NCBI RefSeq assembly: GCF_016432865.1 | Contig: NC_067398.1 | Coordinates: forward strand, 703,266,001 to 703,329,837 | Direction: 5' to 3' | Source: Antechinus flavipes | Lineage: Eukaryota | DNA length: 63,837 nt | In this document: positions 47,601 to 59,070 of the stretch, piece by piece | How the letters are laid out: each line of letters opens with the position of its first letter | How positions within the stretch are numbered: position 1 is the first letter of the stretch | The notes under the pieces: generated by a model | Told to the model about the DNA's origin: nothing | Databases searched by the model: none | Seen by the model: the letters and a program-made list of their open reading frames with translations, nothing else | Position numbers and translations under genes: made by a program

Positions 47601-48930
47601 CTTTAAACTACTCCGTGTTCCACTCTCATTTTTTTTCCTTTCTCATCAGAATTGCTTCTTTTGTGTCTTCATAATCTAATTATTGGGAACTTTCCATTCC
47701 TTCTGGATGAATATTTTTTCTCCAGAATTTTAGGACACAGAATGCTCTCTACCATTCTAAATCTAAGGGCCATGTCAGACACTATCTTTCTTATGTAACA
47801 AATACCAAGGTGTCATGAATATCTGTCAAGATACCCATTGTTTCTATTCCAGTAACCAATTCTTCCTTGTAGGTGGAAATCAGATCCATGATAGAAATTC
47901 CCTCATTAATAGCATCTATCTCAAAGGCTTGTTGTAAAGATCAAATGAGATATTTGTTATAATCACTGGTACATACTAAGGGTTTAATAAATGCTTATTC
48001 CCTTGCTCTTCTCCCATTGATTGAGTCTATGAATGTGATGGAAAATACTATTGTTTTAAAAAAAAGTCTAAGAAAAGGTGGCTGAACAGAAACCTGGGAA
48101 GACTTGAAAGAAGTGATACAGAATAGAGTAAGTATAAAATCATTTTCTAAGATCTTAGGTTTCTTGGTTGTTGCTGCTGTTGGTGCTGCTGGTGTTGTTT
48201 TTATGTTAAAGGAAGCCAGTTTTTATATTCTCCTCTTCCACCCTCATCTAGAGGTTACTTACAGTAACCCTCTGTAGCATCTGCCTTGGTGGCTGTATAT
48301 AAGCAATTTTCCCCTCTCCCCCTCCTATTTTGGTCCTTTGAATTTGATTTGCAAGGCCCCAAGTCAATATATTTTTACCAACCCTTATTAGTTATACTCC
48401 AGAATTTTTCATTCCCACATATTAAGCTACAATCCAGAAGGCCATTCTCAAATATCTTCTTAACAAATTGCTCATTTCACTCTTTGTCCTTATTGACATT
48501 GGCTGCTCCATTAAAGCTATGTCCTTATGACTATTCTTATGCCCTCCAGCAAGTTCTAGGTTATATGATTCAATATTTTCTGAGGCATTAAAAGCAATGT
48601 TAAATTGTATTATTAATAAATAAATTAAAAACAACAGTGTTAATAAGAATTATTATTCCTTATCACAACCAATTTACACATCAGATTCTTTCTTGTGCAT
48701 GTGAGTTCCTCATGAAGATGAACTAACAGACCCTTCTGTATTTGGTATTTAAAGTTTGCAAAACAGACTTCACATATATGATCTCAGAACTTCACCTGCT
48801 TTTCCTCACTTTACAAATGAGCAAACTGAGGTATAAAGAGGTTAAATGACTCATAGAGTTGTATATCTGGAACCGAAAGGAATATCAAAGGACATCTAAA
48901 CCAATCCCCTCATTTTACTGATGAAGAAAC

Positions 48931-49150
48931 AGAACTCCAGATCCTCCAAATGTTTTTTTTTCCATAATCATACAACTAATGAATCTCAGAAACAGAATTT
49001 GAATCTACATGGACTTTAATACTTTGTCCACTATAACAGCAGAACTCCAGATCCTCCAAATGTTTTTTTTTCCATAATCATACAACTAATGAATCTCAGA
49101 AACAGAATTTGAACCTACATGGACTTTAATACTTTGTCCACTATAACAGC
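48931..49150 (+). repeat. Tandem duplication, 2 x 110 bp, 1 mismatch
   Basis: 48931-49040 and 49041-49150 differ only at gaatctac vs gaacctac. Confidence 0.97.
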
Positions 49151-49619
49151 GCTAGCTCACTACAAAACTCACAAAGGAAGGATCTTACTTCTCTACTTTA
49201 AGCAGTGGACACTAACCTTTCCCAGAAGTCTTTGAGGGTTGGGGGTGGAGAAGCACTCACTACCAGCTCTCACTAACAGAGAAAGATAAGGCAGATTAGG
49301 GACTAAATGCACCTCTGAGATGTTGAAAGGCATGATACATGCTGGCTTGCTTTTCAAATATAAATTCTTTTAATCATTCTGGATATTAAGAGGCAGAAAG
49401 AGCAGAAAACAAACAACAAAATAAAGCTCGGCACTCTGAAGCCAAAATAGTACTCCTTTAACCCATTAAGTGTTTATCTCTGTCTCTCTTTTCCACCTGC
49501 AGTGAGCCAGCTAGGAACACTCAGTAATGATAGCTGCAATTCAGCCTTTCAAGCATCAATTTTCCCCTCTCTTCAAAACAATCCAAAGAAAGACAGAAAC
49601 CCAAAGGGGAGGAAAGGAG

Positions 49620-49990
49620 CACCTGATGATACGTACACCATCCTCAGAAGGCGGTTTAGAAGCCTTAGAGAGAAAGCCAAGAAAAAACGCACCTGGCTGA
49701 GAGCGTCAGCCACCCCCGCCTCTGCTCAGCCTCTCTGGCACTGCGGGTCCCAGGTTTCTACAGAGGCTTGGCAGAGTATGGAAACTGAGGCAAGGGAAGG
49801 GAAGCGGCCCACCCAGAAGAAGGGCAGACCAAGAGCTGGCCGCCCTGTGGCCCCTGTGACTTACTGGTGGAGAAGTTGGCTTCGGGATGGACCGGAGGAG
49901 TGGAAGGAAGGAAGGGTGGGTAGCCCACGAAGAAGGACCGCAGAGAACGCTCGGAGAGGAGGGGAGAGCGCTGCGATGGGATGTTCTCAC
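49620..49990. promoter_or_regulatory. CpG-enriched, GC-rich patch (mini-island-like)
   Basis: I count 16 CpGs in 49631-49976, the densest in a strongly CpG-depleted window. Confidence 0.5.
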
Positions 49991-50358
49991 AGCTGCCCAC
50001 ACTGTTATGAATCTTCAGGTTCAGGGGCTTGTTCCTTTTTTTGACCCTGAGAGGGAAAAGGACAGAAAGGAGAGTAAAATAATAATCACAGCCACAATAA
50101 CTATGGTGAGGACAGGAGTCTAGCAACAAACATTTATTAAGAGCTTACTATATGGCTAAGAGTGGGGACACTTACAAAAACAAAAATGATAGCCTCTGCT
50201 TTCAAGGAGCTTGCATTCTACTGGAAGAGACAAAAATCAACCAACCAGAAAGCTTTGAATAAGTGTGGGCTATGTTCTAGACTCTGTGGGTATGAAGACA
50301 AAAATATAACAGTCCCTGTCCTTGAGAAATGTATGTTTTATCTGGAAAGACACCATGA

Positions 50359-50655
50359 ACACACACAGAGACAGACACAGAGAGAGAGACAGAGACAGGG
50401 ACAGACAGAGACAGACAGAGATGGACAGAGAGACAGAGATACAGAGACAGAGACAGACAGAGACAAAAAATAGACAAAGAAACAGAGGACCAGAGATACA
50501 GACAGAAAGAGACTTATGGACAGAGACAGAGGGAGAACCAGAGATACAGAGACAGAGAGATGGGAAACACAAACAGACAGAGAAAGAGAGAGAACCAAAG
50601 ACAGAGAGAGCAGAGACTCAGAGACTGAGATAGAGAAGAAGGGAGAGGAGAGAGA
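50359..50655. repeat. (AGAC)/(AG)-rich compound microsatellite
   Basis: Read directly; explains ORFs 50270-50633. Confidence 0.92.
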
Positions 50656-51289
50656 TTAAATTCAAAATAAATGCAAGATGATTAAAGAAGAAAGATCACT
50701 CAAAATCAGGGGGATCAGCAAAGATTTCATATAAAACAGGAAAAGAGCTAGGAGACATCCTGCTCTAGTACTGAGGACCACTGACCTTTAGAGAGGGAAA
50801 CTGTGAGGGTCCAAGTGATACCAAGGACACATCAGGAAAGGTACAGAGAAAAGTGCTACAGAATTGAACTATATTGCCATCACCATTGTAAAGCCCTGTT
50901 AGTTTTGCAAATAGACCACAATTTCATTATCAGTAGAATGACAGCTCCTTGAAGGCATGTATCATCTCACTATCTGGACTCCCGACTTCCTCACTTGGGA
51001 TGAGCATATCATATTTTTCAGAGTTCAGATTTTAAAATCTGAGATCCAGGTTCAGACATTAACCTGCTTACTTTCTTCAGGGTCCCAGGAGTTATCATTG
51101 ACCAAGTTTTCCCATTAATTTCTCCCAAAATAATGGTGCTAGCCAAGAAGAAGTCTCTAAAAGAGCCGTGCACTTCAGTGGCTCTAAGTAACTGAATGAT
51201 TCACCTTGTGTTGGGCCACCTGAAATGCTCTTCTTTCTGATTTGCACTATATAGAGTACCTCTCCTACTTGCAGGCAAAACGCCATCTT

Positions 51290-51500
51290 CAGTCAACCAA
51301 TCAATAAACATTTATTTAGTGCCTATTATGTGTCAAATACTGTGCTAAGGGCTGAGAATATAAGAGGCAAAAGATAGTCCCTGCCCTCAAAGAGCTTACA
51401 ATCTAATAGGGGAAAGAACATGCAAACAAATATATACAAAGCAAGATACATACAGGATAAATAGGGAATAATTAACAGAGGGAAGATACTAGAATTATGA
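51290..51500 (-). mobile_element. L2 3' tail
   Basis: agtcaaccaatcaataaacatttatttagtgcctattatgtgtc...atagtccctgccctcaaagagcttacaatctaat. Confidence 0.8.
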
Positions 51501-53149
51501 GAGACTGAAATTTTTCCTGATCTCCCTACCCCTGAACTGCTAGTTGTCTCAATGGTTATATGGAATATAATTTCCTGTAGTCCTTAAATAATGCCATTAT
51601 CAACTACTGAGCAGTTCAATCTGCTTAGGACCTCTCTTCCCTCTGACTCCGGGGTCCTTTCTGGCATTCTCTTTATAGCAGGAAGTGTTCAAGATAGATT
51701 CCTAGCAAAACTCTTTGAAATGCTCAAATAAATGATTGCTAAAAATGTAACTTACTGCATCTTTCAATTCAAGAACAGATTTGTTTTTAAAAGGCTTGTT
51801 TCTATTTTACTTAGGGATCAGTGTTCTTTTTAAAAAAATACTCGTGTAAGATTGGAGGGGAAAAAAAGAAATGCCATTCATGGAAGGTTTTTTTCTCTGG
51901 TGAGCTAAGGCAACTGTCTGATTTGTAGAGAAAAAATGCTTTCATTGTTGGAAAAGAAGCGAGCCTTCCACAAAGAAATTGTGGGAGAGATGCTCTATAG
52001 TTTGTCCTCAATTACCTTGGGATAGATTTGCTCCCCTCCTATCTATGTGACATTCTCCCCCCACTCCAGGCCACTGACTCATCTTGGATCCCCAACAAGG
52101 TCAGACCAGGTAAATCCAAGTGAACTTTCTTTCCAAAGAACAAAATAGTGGTCGTGCCATGAAAGTTAATACATGGTTTTGGACAAGTCACTCCCTGACT
52201 AGTGTCATCTTCTAATAACCACCTGAACCTTTTTGATCTGCCTTCAAAAAAAAAGTTAATATGTATCAGATACTGTTTTAGGTACTCGGGATACAGGGAT
52301 AAAAAATGAAAATAGTCTCCCCTCAAGGAACTTAATTATAATCAAAATATATACAAAATAATTAGAGGGCAGCATGGACATTTAGAAGAGGGGCTGATCT
52401 TGTGCAAGAGATGGCCCTCGAGCTGAACTTTGAAGGAAGGTAGGAATAATAAGTGTGAGTGAATAGGTATTGGAGCAGATAGAGTATTGGAATTGGAGTC
52501 AAGAAGATTTGAATTCTGATTCTGCCTCAGACACTTACTAGCAGTGACATAGATAAAACTCAAATATGACCACAGCGTTCTGTTAGTCAAGAATCTCAAG
52601 TTCTCTAGGATAGAACCTTCTTGTCTCTAGGATCAAAAATACAAATATAGTTTTTTGGTTTTCTTTTTAAAGTTTAAAGTCCCTTCTAATATGGCTTCAT
52701 TCCAACTTTCCAGGTTCAGTCCTTACTAGTGCCCTTCATGATCTTTATGTTACACGATGTCTCATAGACTACTTCCAAGGTGTTCCCCATGCTTGGAACA
52801 ACAACCAAGATTTCTCTGGCACTTTCAGCACAGTCCATTTCTATAGCACATTTTTTTTTGCCAAGTGCTTTACCTATAGCGGTGCCTTTGTTTCTCATTA
52901 ACAACCCTGAGAGGTAGATGCATTTATCCCCTATTTTGCAGATAAAGAAATTGAAGTCGCTCAGAGAGATGATATCGCTTCTGGTCACACACCAGGAAAC
53001 TGAATCATTTCCATTTGAATTGTCTTAGGAAGATTCTGAAGATCATCTGGTAAGATAAAATATTGGACACTGAGGTCCTTTAATGAGCTGAAATGCCAAA
53101 CTTTACTGCAGAGGGTATAACTCTAATGGGCTGGCCACATGGTTTGAAT

Positions 53150-53540
53150 GTCAAATGTACATTTGTCTAAAAGGCTATTTTACAGAGAACTCACCCAAGT
53201 CGTGTTCAGATGGAAGTGATACAAGGACCCTCTCGAGGTTTTTCTGAAGAACTTTGGGATCGATGTTGAGCCATGGAAGACATTGGCACACCCAGCATGG
53301 CGTGCCCTCATCAGAGAAGCAGCCATGTTCTAGGAGCAGAATTGCACTAACTCAAAAGGAAGAGATGCATAAGTTTAAGCATCTCTACTCTGAATGTTCA
53401 CATGGATTATATGTGTCCGACCTGTGATAGTGCATTCCAAGCTTGTATTGGTCTGATCAGCCACAGTCAAGACACACTGTACCTGGACCCCAAAATAATG
53501 ACCTCATTTTGGTCTTCTTTGAACACATAGGATAATCAAC
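53150..53540 (+). mobile_element. RTE LINE 3' end
   Basis: ccagcatggcgtgccctcatcagagaag...tgtccgacctgtg...gtattggtctgatcagccacagtc (C2H2-like tail)...cattttggtcttctttgaa. Confidence 0.85.
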
Positions 53541-54165
53541 CATTTATATGTATTTTTTGGTAACTGTTTTTAATAATTTTTTTAAATAACAGTATAGTTA
53601 TAGAATTGATTTCTTTTGTAATCTTCTATATTTTATTTTATACTCTTAAGGGGGAATGAACATTCATTAAATACCCATATTTCAGGCATTGTGCTAAGTA
53701 CTTTATAATTATTATATTGTTTGATACTCGACTACTCTAGGTGTTATTATTTTTCCATTTTACAGATTAGGAAATTGAGGCAGATGGTGGTAAAAATGAT
53801 TTGCCTAGAATCACACAGCTAGTAAATATCTGAAGTTAGAACTCAACTCTTCCTAAACCTAGACCCAGTATTCTATCCACTATTATCATCTAACTGTCAT
53901 TTAAAAAAAATTATCTGGAAAAGAGATTTCTAGACTTTATCAGATGGCTAATGGGCAGAAATTGGGAGAAGAGGAAGGCTATAACACAAAAAATATGAAG
54001 AACTCAAACTCTACACTGTGGTCTCTCTAACTCCACAGAAATTGACAAGAAGTACAGGTGCCCCAAGGAACAATAATAAATATCTAGCTATCCTCTGGAA
54101 CTATTCAATGCTACTTTTTTTTCTTTGCTATTTTTAAGTTAATTTTTTATTAGAGCTTTTTATTT

Positions 54166-54307
54166 TTTTTCCTGAGGCACTTGGGGTTAAGTGACTTGCC
54201 CAGGGTCACACAGCTTGGAAGTGTTAAATGTCTGAGATCAGATTTGAACTCAGGTCCTCCTGACTTCAGGGCTGGTGCTCTATCCATTGAACCACCTAGC
54301 TGCCCCA
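54166..54307 (-). mobile_element. WSINE1-type SINE nested in L1
   Basis: Antisense ...ccacctagctgcccc; TSD agctttttattt / agccttttattt (54154-54165, 54309-54320). Confidence 0.9.
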
Positions 54308-54475
54308 CAGCCTTTTATTTTCAAAACATATGCATGGTTAATTTTTCAATATTGATCCTTGCAAAACCTTGTGTTGTAAATTTTTCTCTCCCTGCCCTCC
54401 ATCCTCTTCCCTGATGGCAAGTAATCCAATATATGTTAAACATGGGGGTAAAAAAATATATTAAATCCAATATAT

Positions 54476-54621
54476 GGGGCAGCTAGTTGATGTAGTGGAT
54501 AGTGCACCAGCTCTGAAGGCAGGATGACCTGAGTTCAAATATGACCTCAGACACTTAACACTTCCTATTTGTGTGATCCTAGGCAAGTCACTTAATCCCA
54601 ATTGCTTCAGCAACAACAACA
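54476..54621 (+). mobile_element. WSINE1-type SINE nested in L1
   Basis: ggggcagctag...(caa)n tail; TSD aaatccaatatatg at 54463-54476 and 54622-54635. Confidence 0.9.
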
Positions 54622-56424
54622 AAATCCAATATATGCATACATATTTATACAATTATCTTGCTACACAAGAAAAATCAGATCAAAAAGGAAAAAAATAAGA
54701 AAGAAAACAAAATGCAGGCAAACAACAACAAAGAGTGAAAATGCCATGTTGTGATCCACACTCAGTTCCCACAGTCCTCTCTCTGGGTATAGATGGCTCT
54801 CTTTATCACACGATCATTGGAACTGGTCTCGATCATCTCCCAATGCTACTTTTAACAAAGGAAGAAATGACCAAACTGCATTTGTAAAGCATCTTTGGTG
54901 TAGCAGGAACCATATTAGGCAAAGGAGATAGAAAGACAAAAACTAAAACGCCCTGTGCTCTCAAGGAGTTTACATTCTACTAGTAACTCTGGCTTGAGGC
55001 CAGTCCTTCATCTACCCTTCCACTGATAGTTCTGCAGCTCTCAATTGCTAGTCTTCCCATCTCTTCCATGAGAAATCTTTCCAAATGCAAGCACACTGCT
55101 CTATTTTCTCTTTCCTTAATTACCCATGCTCTCCTCTGAAAAAGCAGTACCATGCCGTGAAAAGAGCAATGGATTGGAGGGTTCAAATCCCAGCTTTGCA
55201 ACGTAGTACCTGTGTGACTTTGGACAAATCTTCATTTCCCTGAGACCCTCATTTCCCTTCTCTTCAAAATAAAAGGCTCAGACTGAAATATGTCTAAGAC
55301 CCCTCTCTACTTTAAACGAATAATGGCCACAAAGCCAGCAACAGGAAGGAAAAAGAATAACAATGGAAGATTAGAGTGGCAAAGTTCTTCAAAGATCATC
55401 TCATTAGTAGGGTAGATAGAGCACAGGCCCTGGGCTTAAGAAAACATGATTTCAAATCCTATCTCAGATAATTAATACTTTCAGTTGTATGACCCTAAGC
55501 AAATCACTTAACTCCTCAATTGCCTCTCAAAAAAAAAAAATCATCTCATCTAACCTCTTCCTTTTAATCCATAAGGAAACAGAAGAATCATAGAATCAGG
55601 GATGGGGACATGGTAGTGTGGAACCTCAGAGGCCATCTCATCTATCTCTCCATTTTATAAATCAGGAAATGGAGGCTTAGGAAGGTGATTTGCCATTTAT
55701 TAGATGAATCAGAGTTCATCTAATGTAACCTACATGTTCACAAAGAAGAATTTACTTGCCCAATATCACAAATATGGTAGCAGAACTGGTATTCATATCC
55801 TGGGCTTTTGCCTCACAATACAGTGCTATTTCCTCTGCAATAGGGGCTCAGTGACTTATCCAAGATTTATGAAGCAAGAGGTCTGGCTTATACAGAAATT
55901 GGCTCACCAAAGGATCCAAATAATGGAGAGTTGGCTACGTGCAAAGTTGCCCTTTACAAAGAGATCAGACTGATTTTAAAAGGATTTTCTCCCTTTCCCA
56001 GTCAACTTCTGGGGATCACTGAGTACTTCGGAAACCTGGCAACAAAGGGGGACGTGGAGAAAAAAAAAAACAAGCAGCCAAGAACAAAAGTTCTGTTTCA
56101 CTCAGAGAAGTTGGGGCAGGAGTTTGATGGCACCCTCTTAAGACAGCTCAGGATGCCCTCTTGTGGAAGAAAAAAAACAACTGGTTTCCACAAGCAACTC
56201 TGGAACATGAAAACCATTGGGTATATACATTTACAGGATCGTGGATTTAGATCTAGAAGGGAACTGAAAAGCTATCTCATTCAATCCTTCCCTGCTATTA
56301 TAGTATAAATATAGTCAGTCAACAAGCATTTAATTGCCTACTGTGTGCTGGATCTAGGGGATGTAAAAAATTGAACGAAGGCACAGTGCCTCTGAAAGGA
56401 AGCTTCTAACTAATGTGGCATCTC

Positions 56425-56569
56425 TATGAGTAGAGACAGGCAGCTGGATGCTGCCATAGTGCACAGAGCACAGGCTTTGGAATCAAGAAGATTCGTCTGC
56501 CTGCGTTCAGATTTGGCCTCAGACACTTACTAGCTGTGTGGCCCTGGGTATCACCTAATTGGTTTGCCT

Positions 56570-56617
<48 letters not shown>

Positions 56618-56720
56618 ATTCTTCATCTATATATTAACTGGAGAAGGAAATTGCCAATCACTCCCATTTCTTTACCAAGAAAACCCCAAATGGATCTCAC
56701 AGAGTTGAACATGACCGAGA
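56425..56720 (+). mobile_element. MAR1-type SINE interrupted by (TATC)11
   Basis: ggcagctggatgctgccatagtgcacagagc head; tail tttaccaagaaaaccccaaatggatc. Confidence 0.8.
56571..56614. repeat. (TATC)11 tetranucleotide microsatellite
   Basis: Perfect run read directly. Confidence 0.97.
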
Positions 56721-58659
56721 GAACTAAACCACAAATGAGTGGAGAAAAGGGGATAGATTTGATATGGTAACAGTAAAAATGACAACATTTGACAACAGAT
56801 TGTGAGTGTCTATGAGAGAGATAGAGACAGAAACACAGAGATAGAGAGAATTGACAATGAAACCAAGATGGAGAAGTTGAGTTTCTGGAAGGGTGAGGGC
56901 ACCCCTGACCGAAATAGGATGCGGGGTAGATTTGAATGGAAAGGACCATGAGTTCTGTCCTTCCCAGATTCTGTGTTCCAGCCAAACCAGATTTCTCTAC
57001 CCTCAGGACTTGTTCTATTTGGCCTATGTTTTATGTGCTTTTCCTACTCTAATATGTTATTGTTCCCCCATTCTCTTTCTCTCAAATTATCTTGTATTTA
57101 CTTATTTATTTAACTTTTGTGACCCCTGAAGACCATAGACTCTTTAAGGATGGGGACTATTTGGAGTTTTTTGTCTACATATTCTTAGGGTCTTGGAACA
57201 CAGTAGATCCCCAATAAAGGCTCACTGAATTGAGTAGGAATGAAAGATTAACTACAAGCTCAAATAATTATACAATAATAGTAACTAACATTGATATCAT
57301 CCATCAATAGGTGTTTATTAAGTGCTTACTTGTGCCAGGCACTATAATGGGTGCTGGAGATGCAAATATAATCACAAACCTCTTCCTGCTCTCAAAATGC
57401 TTCCATTCTACAGTGGAAAGCAATGTAAACACATGTAAAGTAAACAGAAAATACAACACAATGAGGATATGGGGTTTCTACTCTTAGCATTAAGCCTCCC
57501 TCCATCCCCACCCAAGAATCAACAGAGGATGGAAAAAAAATGATAAAAACTGATTACAGTCAGTAGCCCCTGATTCATTTCCCAGTTCATCCCAAAAATG
57601 AAACAATTTGATTAAAAAGAACACCATTTCCCACAAGCTTTGGATCACATTAGATATCATTTTAAAGTGACTGGAATTATGGTTATTTCTGGAAAACAGA
57701 TACAAGGTATGTTCAAAAGACAAAATGATCTCTTTTCTCAGTTGCCCAAACTCCTGGTTCATAGATCCAGAGCTAGAGTTGACCTTGGAAGCCCACTATT
57801 TCAGTCCCCTCATTTTATAATTGAGGAAATCAGGGCAATTGAGAGCTAAAGTGATTTGCTCAAGATTACACTGCTAGTAAGTGGCAGAATTTAGCATTTA
57901 AACCCAGTTCTGCCTCTAAATCTACTGTGCTTTTCACTGTAAAGTACTTATTCCTATCTGTCTGACCAATTTCTCTGGACCATCAACATCATCCATAAAA
58001 ATCATCATAAAACTACCATTTATATAGGGCTTTAAGGTTTTCAAAGCACTTTAGAGCTATCTCATTTTCTATCCTAACTTTAGAAGGTAAGGGCTCTTGT
58101 GACCCTTATTTAGGAAACCGAGGTCAATAACCAAGTGGCTTGTTCAGGATCACACAACTAATAAGTGTCTGAAGTCAGATTTAAAGTCAGAGCTTCCTAA
58201 CTGTAGATTCAGTGCCCTAACTACTGTACCATCTATTCATGAATTATCATACTTGGGTCCTCTCATCTCATCTCTATAATCTCTCCCTGAGAAATCTCAT
58301 CTGTGTTCATAGGTTCAACTGTCCTACCTCCCAAGGATTCTCTGTACCTCTTAGATTAAAAAAAAAAGTGATCAAATGACTGATTGCAGCTGTCTTGCAA
58401 AATCGAATTCAAAAGAGATTATAAATATCAAATCAGAAGAGATTTTAGCAATCAGAGACTTACAGAACCTGAGAATTGGAAGGGACCTCGGTGGACATCC
58501 AATCCAAATCGTACCCAAAGGAATCTCCACTGTAACATCAGAATGTACAATTTCATATTGCTTTTTGATTTACAAAGTGCCTTTCTCGGCACAGCCCCAA
58601 GAGCCATTCGCATATTACCTTTCTCATTTTACAAACTAAAGACTGAGGCTGAGGAGTGA

Positions 58660-59070
58660 CTCTTCCTGGGTCCTCTCTTTTCTGGATTTCTATGATATCA
58701 CTCCCTCTTTTTTCTTCTCTTTTCTCCCTGACCATTCTTTCCCAGATTCCTTTACTGGATCACCAGATCCAAAGCATTATTTATTCTATCTCACTTGATG
58801 ACTTCATTTGTTACAATGGGTTCAAGTTCAAGCTCTGTACAAATGATTTTGAAATCTATAAATCCAGCCTGAATCTCTCTCCCAAGCTCTAGTTTCTCAT
58901 CACCAAGTTTCCCATCAACCTCTACATACTCCAAAGCATCTCACAGCGACGTATCCCCAAATGAATTCATCTTCCTGCCCCTACATCTGTCCCCAGTCCA
59001 AACTTTATTGTATTGCAGTATTATCCTTATCTCTTCCTTTTCACTCACCATCTAAAAAGTTACTAAAGTC
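58660..59070 (+). mobile_element. L2 internal fragment
   Basis: tcacttgatgacttcatttgttacaatgggttcaag...ctctgtacaaatgattttgaaatctataaatccagcctg. Confidence 0.7.

Larger units (their letters stand above)
54106..54853 (-). mobile_element. 5'-truncated L1 with 13-bp TSD containing two nested SINEs
   Basis: TSD caatgctactttt at 54106-54118 and 54841-54853; antisense L1 3' UTR. Confidence 0.88.

Noticed and set aside
50162-50633. Several 66-103 aa ORFs on both strands
   Set aside because: L2 tail plus AGAC/AG microsatellite.
53361-53386. 8-bp perfect hairpin agagatgc...gcatctct
   Set aside because: Lies inside the RTE 3' end; short and probably family-derived or chance.
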